DNA from: Phaeosaccion multiseriatum
Taxonomy: Eukaryota > Protista > Ochrophyta, other classes
DNA: 64,000 nt
NCBI GenBank assembly: GCA_965112735.1
Contig: OZ218960.1
Coordinates: forward strand, 2,170,001 to 2,234,000
Direction of reading: 5' to 3'
This document shows positions 46,266 to 59,828 of the stretch, piece by piece (the first letter of the stretch is position 1; every line of letters starts with the position of its first letter). The translations under genes and the position numbers were made by a program. Under the pieces are notes generated by a model. It was given only the letters and a program-made list of their open reading frames with translations, ran no database searches and was not told where the DNA came from.

Positions 46266-47744
46266 CTATTTCTTGATTTCCGTGTGGATGCCTGAGAGGT
46301 ATGCATGCATAGAAGCACAACGGTCCAAATGAGATGAGGGGAGGGGTTGCGCACGCAAAGAGAGGTAAGCCACGAAAGACCAAGATCCCCCTCCAACTTA
46401 CCGCACTCCGTCTTGGCAGAGCCGTCTGTGTTCTTGAGCCCCTCGAAGCGGCCAGAACGCTCTCCTCCATACGTAAACCATTTCTCGTGAGGCACCTTCC
46501 TCGTGGACTGCATGTCACCCAGTGATGAGAAGCCCACGTCGTGCAGGGGGTGGTACGGGACATTGTGGATGCGGAGGTAGTTCCAGCAGTCCTCGAAGCT
46601 CCAGAACGCCAGGGGGTTGACCTTCCAGCAAACAAGTGGAGGCGGAGCAGAAGGAAGGGATGGGAAGAATTCGTTATATCACTAATAGATGTGTCTGCAC
46701 ATGCCCGGGAGAACTCGTCTCCCCACCTACCTTGGTGTCCTCCCACACGGGCAGCGCAGCACGCTCAAACCCGTGGTCACGGCGTCGTCCATTGATCCAG
46801 GCACCGGAGTTGGCCTCCTTGAGTGCTCTCTGGAGTGGCTCCACTTTGCACTTCATGTCATATGCATCAATATCCTCCATCCAGTAGTCCTCTCCGTATC
46901 TGTGTGCGTGGTGTGGGGGGGGGACATCAGCAGCCAGCCAGCCATAATGTATGTAAAAACGCCTCGTACCCAGAGAAGCAAGGCCTTGGTCCCCCGCCAG
47001 TATAAATCTTACTTTTCGTAGAACTCCTCTTGTGTTTCGCAGTCATCGGCGTGGTACACCTTGGCCGTGAAGCCGTAGTGGGCCTCGACCTCCTTCAAAA
47101 ACTCGACAGACTCTGGGAACAAAAAGAAGGTGTCGATGAACACCACTGGAACCTTATCCAAGAGGCCGGTCTTATGTAAGGCATCTAGGATGACACAGTC
47201 CCCAGCGATGAGAGCAGTGGTGAAGATTGGGTCCTCTTTCTCCTGCCGGGCGATTGTAGATTCACATAGAGGGGTGATGAGTGCACCATTCCCTCACACC
47301 TCACTTTTCTTCCATCCTCGTGTACACTCTTACCGCGACCAGCCTCTTCAACGTGTCGTGCAACTGGCTCTCCAGGTACGCAACGCGTCCCTTCTCAACC
47401 TCCTTGTTGGCCGCGGCGTCGTCTCCAGTGCCGTAGTCAGTGCCAAGCGGGATCTGCAAAGGCCGGCGGCATGGCCGGACATGAAATGCGTGAGCGGAAG
47501 ACAAGGACGCTTCAGCCAGTGCTACTGCACAAGCGGTAGTCATACTCACATTCTTAAAGTCTCGAGGGAAGTTCTTTGACAACTCGGGGTCGAGAGCCAT
47601 GCTCAGCCGACTGCTCTTGCCGCTGCCGCTGCTGCTGCTGAAACTGGTCAGTTTCGCGACTGGCGCAAGAGGAGCGAACCCTTCGGCAATGGCCAGACAT
47701 GCCACCAGGATCCCTGCTGCTTCTACTGCTCCTGCTGCTCTCAT
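46266..47744 (-). CDS. Plastid-targeted APS/PAPS reductase (CysH family, APR-B-like)
   Basis: Signal ...CLAIAEGFAP; VVFIDTFFLFPES; CKVEPLQRAL; AWINGRRRD; VNPLAFWS; YHPLHDVGFSSLGD; ERSGRF; terminal KTECGIH. Confidence 0.93.
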
Positions 47745-48004
47745 CTTCAAGTCGTGTGTTTGTAGGAATGATACAAAAAAGGGGGGGGAGACCATCCATT
47801 GCCATCCACCCATGGGCTTCCGGTTTTTCAAACCCGCTGGTTTTTCCCTTTTCAAATAGATTGGCCTGCTCTCGTCGGATTGTAAAGGAGCGTGGAGCAG
47901 TTTCGCCGGACTCCTGCTGAGGGAGGGGGGGGTGCACTTCTGCTTCTCGGTTAGCCCGGAAGCGCTCGTGTGGGCGGGTTTGTTATTGTTGTGAGAGCCC
48001 ACCA

Positions 48005-48961
48005 ATGGCGTTTGTGGAGAGGTCGGACTGGTTGAACGACATCAAGGTGGTGGACGATATACTCGCTTGCCACGGTGTTTGGATCCGCAGCAGTGATTTG
48101 TCAGTGGCCATAGCGAGTCCTGCGAAGAAGAAACAACAGCCGCAGGCACAGAAAGCCTTGAAACAGTCGCAGACGAGTCTTGGCAGGGCTCGTGGAGGGC
48201 GAAACGGGGAGCTTAGCAAGCGAGAGAACCCTCCCAAGGGCTTGCATGGTTTTGGTAGCAGTGCAATTGCAAGAAGGTTTTCCGCCTTGCCTCGAAAGCG
48301 TGCCAGAAGTCGTCCGCAGGACGGCAAAAACTTGCTCCTTTTTGGCTTTTTCCATGACGCAAATCCTTCGGATAGCGCTCTGAACCAGAACTACAGAGAT
48401 GTGGTGCGAATACGGGGCTTAGAGGCCCAGGGGTATAAGGTGTTCACTATGGACGACAATCACCCGCAAGAGCTCGGCACTGAAGGTCGCCACTTCACGG
48501 GCAATTGGGGCAGGGGCGGTGTAGTGGGTGACATGCTGAATCGCTGGGAAGGAACGTGCTTTGAAGCGTGCGCGCTCGACTACTTTTACCTGCCGGGTCC
48601 TGTGTACCTGGAGCGGTACCTCCCGCCAGCGCTTTTCACGCACGTCCTCCCAAACATGAGAGGCGTGTTTGGGATCTCCACCTTCTTTCTGCCCAACGAC
48701 CCCAGGGGCTTCGCCATAAGTCGGGTTGAAAGTGCCGCCAGTCAGCTGCAAGAAGCCGGGCTGTCCTGGACGCTGATCCCAAGGTCAGAGGCGCGTCGTA
48801 ATCCTCTGTGGGAGGTTTCACAGCGGAAGGATGTCGATGCAGAGTTAAGGACGCTCCCAAACCCGCGGTACCACGGAAATCAGGAGATTTACGTGGACGC
48901 AACCCACCCCTTTATTCTCATCCATCTACTGGAAGAGAGCAGTCATTTAATCGAAAAATGA
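48005..48961 (+). CDS. Hypothetical intronless protein, 318 aa
   Basis: Long ATG ORF fitting between flanking genes; basic low-complexity N-terminus and a globular alpha/beta-looking C-terminus (LLLFGF...YRDVVRIRGLEAQGYKVFTMD...LDYFYLP). Confidence 0.75.
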   Translation: MAFVERSDWLNDIKVVDDILACHGVWIRSSDLSVAIASPAKKKQQPQAQKALKQSQTSLGRARGGRNGELSKRENPPKGLHGFGSSAIARRFSALPRKRARSRPQDGKNLLLFGFFHDANPSDSALNQNYRDVVRIRGLEAQGYKVFTMDDNHPQELGTEGRHFTGNWGRGGVVGDMLNRWEGTCFEACALDYFYLPGPVYLERYLPPALFTHVLPNMRGVFGISTFFLPNDPRGFAISRVESAASQLQEAGLSWTLIPRSEARRNPLWEVSQRKDVDAELRTLPNPRYHGNQEIYVDATHPFILIHLLEESSHLIEK

Positions 48962-49237
48962 TGCACCACTCGTTTGTGATCTGAAGCGCGCCCTGACGTT
49001 CGCCTCTCGCCTCGGCGACAAATCAATTTTAAACCGTGCTCGAACTTTGGAGTGTATTTGTTACGTCTCACACCACACATCCCTCCCCTACTTTTCTTTT
49101 CTTTTGAATGTTGCTAATTTATATCATACATACGTTTCAACGGCAGGCACACCAGCGAATACACTAATAATTTCCTGCCTTCTCCCAAACTCTGATACTT
49201 GATTGAGTCTCCCCAGCAGCTGAGGCAGGGAGCCCAG

Positions 49238-50955
49238 CTAAGCAGCCACCTCCGCGGCAGGGGTCTCCGCTGCCGGGACGTCAGCTGCTGCGGCATCGGT
49301 GGCAGCGCATTCCGTCTTCTCTGCGGCGGCGTCGGGAGTCGCTTCGGAGGACATGTCTGCCTTGATATCGGCTATCGTCTTGGTACCAGCAGCGAGCGCC
49401 TCCTCGTAGAGGATCACCTTGGTCACGCCGTCAATCATCTTCTGGACCAATTCTACCTCGCTAAAGCCAATGCGCTGCTTGTTGGACACGTCGAACTTGT
49501 CCTCCACGGCCGCGGAGTGCTCTCCACTGGAGCCGCGGGGTTGCAGGTCGAACTTGCTGCACACCTCCTCCAGCACGATGCGGGCCTCCTCCGTCTCGTT
49601 GAACTTGGCCAGCTTGATCATCACACTCGCTCGTAGGCCGGTGCCGAGGTTGCTTGGGCAAGTTCCGAGGAAGCCAAGCTTTTCTGAGTACATCAGCTTG
49701 GTGCCGTCCGCTTCGGCAGAGGTCTTGAGGGCCTCGCTGATCTGACAGAAACGCGTAAACACTGACTTGACGTCGCCGCCCTTCTCCATGGAAATGATTC
49801 GGCAGTGGTCCTCCTCGTTGACCCAGCACAGGGCGGTACGGCTCTCGTTGTGGAAGATACCGCGGTCCTGCACAAGGGTGGGTAAGAAATACCAAGCGTC
49901 AGAAGAGAGAGCAGTAAGGGAAAGAAGGGGCTGTGCCTATATGAGTTGCATATCATTCTCCTGTCCTTACATTGGGCCAGCTCTTGGCGGCGCCGGCGTG
50001 CCACAGCAGGTTGGTGGTCTTGGGGATCTGGAAGAGGTACCCGTTCTCCAGCAACATGGTCCTCTGCTCATCGGTGAGGTTGCCCAGATCGTAGAAGGTG
50101 CCAGCAAGCTCGCCTTCGAACTTCTCGAAGGCGCGGCACAGAGCCTCCCTCACGGATTTTCGGTCCGCGTCGTCTGTTCCCGCGGGCAGCGCGAATCCAG
50201 AGATGTTGCGAGCGGCGCGAATGCGGGTGGACACGACGTACTTGTTGAACAGACCCGTCTGCTCCTCATTCTGCGCAAGCTTAGAGGGGTCGAGGTCAGA
50301 CTTGTGGGCCTGCGTCTCGGGGTCAAACCCATGCCAGCCCTTGATGACGGGGTAGTACAGCTGGAGGCGTCCGACGCAACGACAAACAGGCAGGTGGGTG
50401 GGTTTTGAGGGCAAGAGAGGCTTTGTTAATACTAGAGTGGCAGGCAGAGTGGCGTTTGGTGAGCACGAAAGGCCGAAGTGGGACCTTCGCTGAGAATGCT
50501 TACGCATGCCAGTGTTACAGGGCAGAAGGGGCCAAGGGGTGATTCCTCCCTCGTCTCACCTCCTTGAACTTCTCCCAAGACTCCTCGTCTCCGGCTGTAC
50601 ACCCGACTCCGAGGTGAGGAGTCATGAGACCTGTCTGGATGGCCTGGTCAATGGTGTAACCCTTGGCCGTGGCCCCTGCCTCCTTCAGAGTCTTGAACAA
50701 CTCCTCGGTCATCACGGTTCGCATGAGCGACTTGTGCGCGTCTGTGAACGCAGGCAGAGACTCGTACACCATCTTCGGGACCTCGGGGTCGTTGAGCACC
50801 TTGTTTACGACCTCGAGAATCTCGGCGGCATTTTCAGTTTCATTGAACTTGGCCTCCACGAGCGCCTGCTGCTCTGGGTAAAGCCTCTCCTTAATGTCAA
50901 CATACTTCTCCTTCATCTGGTCCTTAGTAAGCTCCGTCGATGCCCCAGCTCCCAT
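49238..50955 (-). CDS. ATP:guanido phosphotransferase (arginine/taurocyamine kinase-like), 3 exons
   Basis: GVGCTAGDEES, STRIRAARN, WVNEEDHCRIISM, LGTCPSNLGTGLRASV, RGSSGEHS, DVSNKQRIG; N-terminal MGAGAS. Confidence 0.95.
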
Positions 50956-51183
50956 GGTACACGTCTGACTACTCCTGAACGTAGGAGAGGGCGTTCCTTG
51001 TCTGCTTAGTGAGGAGGAGTCTTTTTGTCTCGTCTCAATGTAAGCCCTCCCTCGCTGTGATTGATTTGCTGCACAGTGAAACCCTATTGTTGACGGTTAC
51101 AGACGGTTTCGGCAAAAGTTTCAGTTTTGTTACTGGTTTGACCGAATTCAACTCTAAATTTTAAATTTTTTTTATTTTTTTTT

Positions 51184-52901
<1,718 letters not shown>

Positions 52902-53272
52902 AGTGCATTCGCGTGGGGTGGGAGCGCGGGGACAATGATGCGCCAAATTACACCTGTTGGTGCTACACTCCCCATTTGGCGAGTGTTCGCCTCTTATGCC
53001 CCTCCTCTGCCCCGTTGCGTCATTCGGCGACGATTAGCCGTAGCGCTCCAGCGGGCCCGACACGAACGATCGGTTCGCCACAGGATCCTGGCTGGTATCA
53101 ACTTTGTTCCAATGGGAAGAACTGATGAGTCAGAGGGACACGACCTCGAGGGCTAAGTTCCCCGGGGCGGTGAGACATTACTTTTAGACAACCATAGATG
53201 GCACTTAAGGGTGTAATATATAATCAACCTCCTCTGCCCCGCCCCTCTACTTCTAGGAAGGCCCCAACGAGG

Positions 53273-54088
53273 ATGGCATCGTCGTTCTTGCTGAGCTTAC
53301 TCAAGATTGTCACCGAAGAGAGGGCAGAGATTGTATGTTGGAATGCGCAGGGGCAGGTGGAGATTCGGGACCTCAAGTTGCTCTGCGAGGAGGTGCTGCC
53401 CAAGTACTTTCGACACAGCAAATACGCCAGTTTCCTGAGACAGCTCAACAACTTTGGGTTCCGCAAGCTGAAGGGGCAAGGAAGAGGGGGGCCTTGCGTT
53501 TTTATCAATCCGAGAACACAGGTACCGCTGGCTAGGCTTCCTCATTCCTCATTCTGGACCCACTCCCTTTTCTCACGAATCGTCCTCTTGTCTCTCCGTT
53601 GATTCACTCATACGCCTGCAGAACAAAGGACCAGATTCTATCCTTGAGCTGCAGCGTAGGGCGGCCAAGGAGGGGGGTGCAGCGTTCACACAGAAGCGAG
53701 CACAGGCAAAAGGCGAAGCGTATGAAATGAGACCGGGAGACGCCGCCGCCGCAGCAGTAGCAGCAGCCGCAGCAGCCGCAGGAGAGGGTGTAAACGGCGA
53801 TTCTCAAAGCTTGCGACCGCCAAGAATCTCCCCAAAGAGCTTGGCACGCTCTGCAGCGGCAGGAACGGGTTTCAATCCTCACCCGATGGGGCCCCTGCTC
53901 CAGCCTGGGGGGATGATGGGAGTGGATGGGGGGGGTGCCCTTGGCGCCTTTCCGGGCGCGTCGGGGATGGGTATGGGCATGGGCATCGTCGGGGTTTACC
54001 CAATGCCTTTTTTTCCTTACGCTGCAGCGCCATGGCAGCCACAGGGGGCAGAGAAGCACCCGAATAGCCAACCGCCACATGAGCCGCT

Positions 54089-54121
<33 letters not shown>

Positions 54122-54326
54122 CCAACAGCACCAGCCACAAGGGGATGTACAGAGTATGGCTGCAGGGTACACCCTACCGCCGGGGATGTGCTCACCGTGG
54201 GGCTACTCGTTTCCGGGGAGTTACGGGTACGTGCCAATGGCAGCCGCGACGGCGGCTCCGCGGCCGGCAGGCGGGGGATCCCCATCAGCGCCAGAGGTAG
54301 AAGATTGCAAGAGCACGACAAAATAG
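53273..54326 (+). CDS. Heat-shock factor (HSF-type DNA-binding domain) protein, 2 exons
   Basis: IVCWNAQG...LPKYFRHSKYASFLRQLNNFGFRK; intron about 53522-53620 joins in frame to the 53727-54326 low-complexity ORF; alternative ATG at 53198. Confidence 0.9.
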
Positions 54327-54410
54327 CGTACGCCCTATATATATTATACGGTATCTCTATATATATAATAAAAAAGTTTATATACAGTCCATACAAAGTC
54401 GTCCGAGCTT

Positions 54411-55023
54411 TCAGCTCGTGTGCGGGGGCTTCACCGTCAAGTTACTTAGGGCGTCTCCGAAATATCTGCTAAGAGCGTCCAGCTTGGCTTTGATCAAGCC
54501 AAACTTGACAGACTTGTCCGCATAGCAGCACACGAGGCAGTCCTCCCCGCAGCCCACCACCCCGAGCCTCGCCTCCTCGAGCTCCAACATCATCATCCTC
54601 AGCTCGCCCATCTTGCCTGAAGTGTTATCTGTGGGGCAGGTGGGAGAGATACAGATGATGACCTCCGCCAAGGGGCTTGCAAAAACAACAAAAGAGGAGC
54701 CTGGCTGGCGCACGACGTACTTAAGTGAATGAAATCCTGCCAGATGTTGGTGGTGATGGCCCCGATGATGCGGTCGCTCGTGTCCGGAGCGCAGTCCCCC
54801 GCCGAGCCGAGCAGAGCGCCATCCGACTGCACAGAAAGCGACGCGGAGGGGGGTGGTGGTGTTTGTGTGCTGGACAGAGAGAAGGAGAAGGGACAAAGGG
54901 AAGGGGGAACATCCAGAGAGAGCCAGATCTACCGGGGAGGCCCACCTGGAGCAGCATGGAGCAGTGAACTCCCTCGCTGTTCGCCTGGCTCAGCACGACG
55001 CCAATCTGCTTGGCTCGAAGCAT
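54411..55023 (-). CDS. LAMTOR2: Ragulator subunit LAMTOR2 (Roadblock/LC7), 3 exons
   Basis: MLRAKQIGVVLSQANSEGVHCSMLL..DGALLGS...IIGAITTNIW...LVCCYADKSVKFGLIKAKLDALSRYF parallels human MLRPKALTQVLSQANTGGV...AAIASNIW...YAKETVGFGMLKAKAQALVQYL. Confidence 0.9.
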
Positions 55024-55136
55024 AGCAATCGCCTCGCCAAACTGTGAGCAATATTGCGAGAATTTTCACCCCCTTGGGTCCTCGTGTTAAAATTTCCCTC
55101 CCTCCCTCTTATTATTACCAACTCTCTGAGGGAAAC

Positions 55137-58100
55137 ATGGACCCTGGTCGCGGCCAGGCGCAGCAGCACCGGCCGCCGAGGAACGCTTCGGAGCAGGGCA
55201 GCGGCGTCTTGGCTCTTATCCCGGACTCCAGCGTTGGAAAAAGGCTAAATGCCAGGGCGAGGCAACGGTGAGCGGAGGCCGGCCCCCCTCGCTGTGCTCC
55301 AGTCTCTCACACATGCTGTCTCCCTTTCCTGCCAGGCAACGACGGCCATCGCCCTCCAGGAAGCCCGGGACGAGGCAGATCAGAGCTCAGCTTGGAAGTG
55401 GAGGGCAATCGTCATTGGGGGTCGGGGCAGCTTCGGTTGAAGGCGAATTCGCGCCGGAGGATGCACCCGAGCCTTTTGAGTCATTGGGGGGGGGCGAGCT
55501 TGGCAGTATTGTCCCCCATCAAGGCTCTGTCCGAAGCCTCACCTTTCCGCCGTCCAAAAGCGGCGGAGGGCGCGTGGTGCAGGCTCTGTACCGGGCCAAG
55601 GCCTTCGAGGAAGTTGCCAGCTGTGCAGAGCCGGCCGTCAACCTGGACAATGTCATGACGTTGTCTGTGGATGACTTCCTGGCCTCCTCAGGCGAGTATG
55701 CGGACAAGCTGGTCCCTGCGAGCGCCCTGGATCGCTCCGACCGGCTCCTCTTCATCTCCATGTCTCACCCACGCTGGCAAGAGTCTTTGCCCCAGTCTGG
55801 TGGGGGTGGTGGTGTGCCTCGCCGACAGGCAGCGGCAGTGGCAGCAGAGGGAGCCTGTAGCAAGGCGTGCTATGCTCTTGTGGAGACATTTCTCAAACAG
55901 GATCGTCCAAAGCAGTTTACGCATGTATGGCTGGAGAGTGCATGTGTCTCAGAAGGACGTGGGGGGGAGGACACATCGGCGCTGGAGGAGATTATGCTGC
56001 AGCTGCCTGCGGCGCTTTTTCGCTGCGATGCGATTCTCCTGGTGCCCCCTGTGGTGAGCATGGAGAGACTTGGCCAACAGCCAGACACCACTGCGCAACC
56101 AATGAGGCTCACGGACGTGAGAGACATGCTTACCCGGGCGTGGGTCCAGGTGGAGGCCGCCGTGGGCCTCATGATCGAAACGGAGGTGGTATTTGCCCTG
56201 CAGGCACGCCAGGAAGTGGCCTTTCTCTCTCTTTGGAGTGCGAGCAGAAGGTTCGGGAGCAAGGTTGGGGAGGCGGTGCGGTACGCTGCCGAGGAGATGG
56301 GCGTGTGGGAGGAGGTCCAGGACCATTGGAGCGATTTGGGTGATCCTGTATCTCTTACTCGGCGGGTGATCGACGCCTTCCAATGCGAGAGCTATAAGCA
56401 GGACTTGTGGCTATGGAGGGAGATGCAGCACATGAACATTAGCGACCAAGGATGGGCATACTGGAGCCATTTCAAGGACGTCTACGAGGTGCGTATCGTC
56501 CTTTTATTCCTTCATTCTCTCATGTGTTTAGTGAGCGTGCCACCCAGCCAAGCACTCTCTCTCTCTCTCTCTCTCTGTGTGTGTCTCTCTGCACCACCTT
56601 TTTCAGGCGCTTGGAGACTGCCACTACCCGGATGACAAGATTGAGGCTCTCAATCTCCTCGTGTTTGCCACGGCCTATCACCAGGGGAAACTTCGGAGGC
56701 GACAAGAAGATGTGCGCGACTTGCTAGAAGACGCGCTCGGTGCTGCAGGGGGCGGTGTGCAGGCGACGGCGACGACTGGCTCTGACAAGCGCCCCTCGCC
56801 AAAGATTTCGCTTGATCTGTCCATGAAGTTCCTAACAGCTGCTGACGTGAAGACGATAACGCAAATCTTCAAGGCCCAAGGCTTAGGAGGAGAGCGACTG
56901 GGCTTTTTGAATCTGGAGGGGAATGCGGCTGGAAGCATCACGCCCTCACTCCTTCTACAATGGGACTTTTGCACGGGCCTCAATTTGTCCCTCAATCACG
57001 TCAACGATGGGGGAGTGTCGATACTCAGCAAGGCTCTCATGGTTTCCGCCCAAAGGCTGACTCATTTGGATCTCAGGTAAAGTGTAGTAAAGTAGGTGGG
57101 TTTGACGCTTTCTTTTGTTTGCTTCCAAAGCTGACTGAACCCGAACACATGCCACCCCCGACACCAAACACACAGCTGGAACGTCATCGGACCAGAAGGA
57201 CTTGCCGCCCTCGCCGCTGCCATTGATGGGGGTGGCTCGAAAGACTCAAGTCACGTGACTTGTCTGATTCTGAATGGAAACGCTGTCACCAACCACGGGC
57301 AAGAGATTTCGGGCTTGAAAGCACTTTGTTCAGCAATTGGGAGTCCATTCTCCCAGATCACCACACTGAGTCTAGGGTACGCGTCGCTCTCTGAGAAGGA
57401 CGTTGTGCCCATCGCAGAGATGCTCATGGAGGACTGCACCAAGCTGCAGACCTTGGTTCTTGCTGGGAACACGCACATTGGCATCCCTGGCTTGGAAACA
57501 TTGTCTGCTAGCCTATCTCTCAACAACTCTTTGGAACTCTTGGACCTCTCGAATATTGATGCGGCGGATAGCGGCAAGGACAGCTGTGCGGTGTGGAACC
57601 TAGCCCATTCCTTGTGTGAAGGAGGCACCTGTGTGGATTCGGTGACCAACCGTAGTCGAAAGAGCCATCAGCAGCAACGGAGTGGAAAGTGTCGCTCGTT
57701 GCAACGAATTCTTCTGTATGGAAACCGCCTGCGGGCCTCTGTTTTCAAGGGCATTGAGCAAATGCTTGCGGACAAGACTCCTCCAGTGAGTGTGGAGGCA
57801 GAGTGGAATTTCAAGGAGGACCAGAGCATCATGGACGACCCCGACGATGAGCACGGCACTGGATTGGTGGGTGCGGAGGACGACTTTGAGTTCACTTTTA
57901 CCAACAGCAGTAGCAGCGACAGCACACTGTACAAGGGCTCGCCAGCGCCTTCAATCGTGTCCTACGCGGCATCCATGGACGCAGGCGACGAAGCGGCAGC
58001 TTTGTCCGACCTGACGCTTCACCATCTCAAGGAGGAGTTGAGGCGGCTCAGCTTGGCGGGGAGGGCGGGGAGGGGCAAGGGCAAGTGGAGGAGATTGGAC

Positions 58101-59773
58101 GTGGCTCTTGTGTATGAGCGAATAGGAGAGTCGTTCCACATAGCAGGGAGTCTGGACGAGGCTCTGAGTTACTTTCTACAAGCATTGGACATTCGCATCG
58201 AGTTGTTGGGCCCAGATCACATGTTTACTGCCAGCAGTTGGGATCACTTGGGCGCACTGTATTGGGCCCAAGAAGACTTGGTCAAGGCGGAGGATATGTT
58301 CAAGAGATCGCTGCACGTGTGTGACAAGGTGCTCGGTGACTCACACGCCCTGTACTCTACAGCGCTCACCAATCTCGGGCTGCTGTACATGGAGCAGCGC
58401 AGGTTTGAGGAAGCTGAGCCGCTCTTTTTCGACGCGCTCTGGGTGGACACGGAATGCTACGGCGACGGGCACATTGAGACAGTCACGGCATTGACCAACC
58501 TTGCGGCCTTGTGCTATGCCATGGGCGACAAGCTCCACAGCCCAGAGGGTGTGGCGTTTGAGGACACTGAGAGTATGCTCCGGGAGGCGCTGAGGATTCT
58601 CGACGAGAAGGCCGATGACAAGGTAAGCGAAGAAACTCTCCACCACCACATGACGAAGGGAGGGAAAGAAACGCAACTCTCTCAACTTGTGTGTGTATCT
58701 GTGTCTGTGCGCGATGTAATGACTTGCCTTCCCCCCCACAGGTGGAGCTCAAGGCCAGTACCGAGTTCAATCTCGGCAGCGTGCTGCGGGACAAAGGGCG
58801 GCTGGAGGAGGCGGAGACATTGTACCGGCAATCGCTGGAGGGCAGGCGATCCATCAAGCCGCAGCATTCTCCGGACCTCGAAACGTCCCTGGTCACGCTG
58901 GCTACAATCTTGATTGAGAGGGTGGCGCCGCAGCAGCTCGCCCTTCTTCGGAAAACGCACATTGTAAAGGAGAGAGAGGCCGAAAAGGAGGGGCTCTACG
59001 CGGTTGTTGCCAGCAAGCATGCAACGGAGATGCGGTGAGTCAGTTCCCCTCGTCAAGATCATGTGTTTCGCATCTTGAGGCCTGACAAATGTAGCGCACC
59101 CAACGACAGGGCCTTTTTGAACAAGATCAAGGAGCAAAAGGGGCCGGCCTTACTGGAGGCGAAGGACCTGTTTCGCGAAGCTGTGGTCATCAGGGAGCGA
59201 GAGTTTGGAGAGGACAGCCCAGAAGTAGCAGAGCTGCTGTTTTCGCTGGCACACGCGCACTTTCGGATGGGCGAGGTGAGTTTTGTTTCCCCCCGTCTCC
59301 AACCGTAATCCCCTCTTCCCGCCTCTCCGAATTACGTGTCGTACACAGGTTAACGTATCTGCGCCGACCCCTTCTCCTCTTCTACCTTACAGTTCAAGGA
59401 GGGTGAGCCGCTGTTCCGTCAAGCCATGAACATCAAAGACTGTCGCCGGGATGGTGCAGAGTACGCGCGCTGTCTGTTGACACTGGGGGTGGTGTACAAC
59501 CAACAAGACAAGTTCAAGATGGCTCAAGAGGCCCTCGTGGAAGCCGTGCCCCTGCTCCTTGGCCACTTCGGCAACGGCAGCAGGCTTTTGGAGCGGGCAA
59601 AGGACGAGCTCACGCGGTGCAAAGCAAAGGTCACTACCACTAAGCCGAAAGCAAGCGGGCCAGGGTGCATATCGCTGTTGAAGTGGGGTGGCAGCAGCAG
59701 CAACAACAGCAGCAACACCTTTAGCAAGAAGAAGCGGCCGTCGGCAATGGTTTTCAGGAACCAACAAGATTGA
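55137..59773 (+). CDS. Large multi-exon protein: HET-like N-domain, RI-type LRRs and kinesin-light-chain-type TPRs
   Basis: LRRs LTHLDLS-WN, LTCLILNGN, LQTLVLAGN, LELLDLSN; TPRs ALTNLGLLYMEQRRFEEAEPLF, ASSWDHLGALYWAQEDLVKAE; N-terminal FISMSH.RW / VWLESACV / TRAWVQVE. Confidence 0.8.
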
Positions 59774-59828
59774 GCAGCGCAGTTTGAAGAATCGTAATAC
59801 CATATGGCCAATCCGTCTCTTCTCTTTG

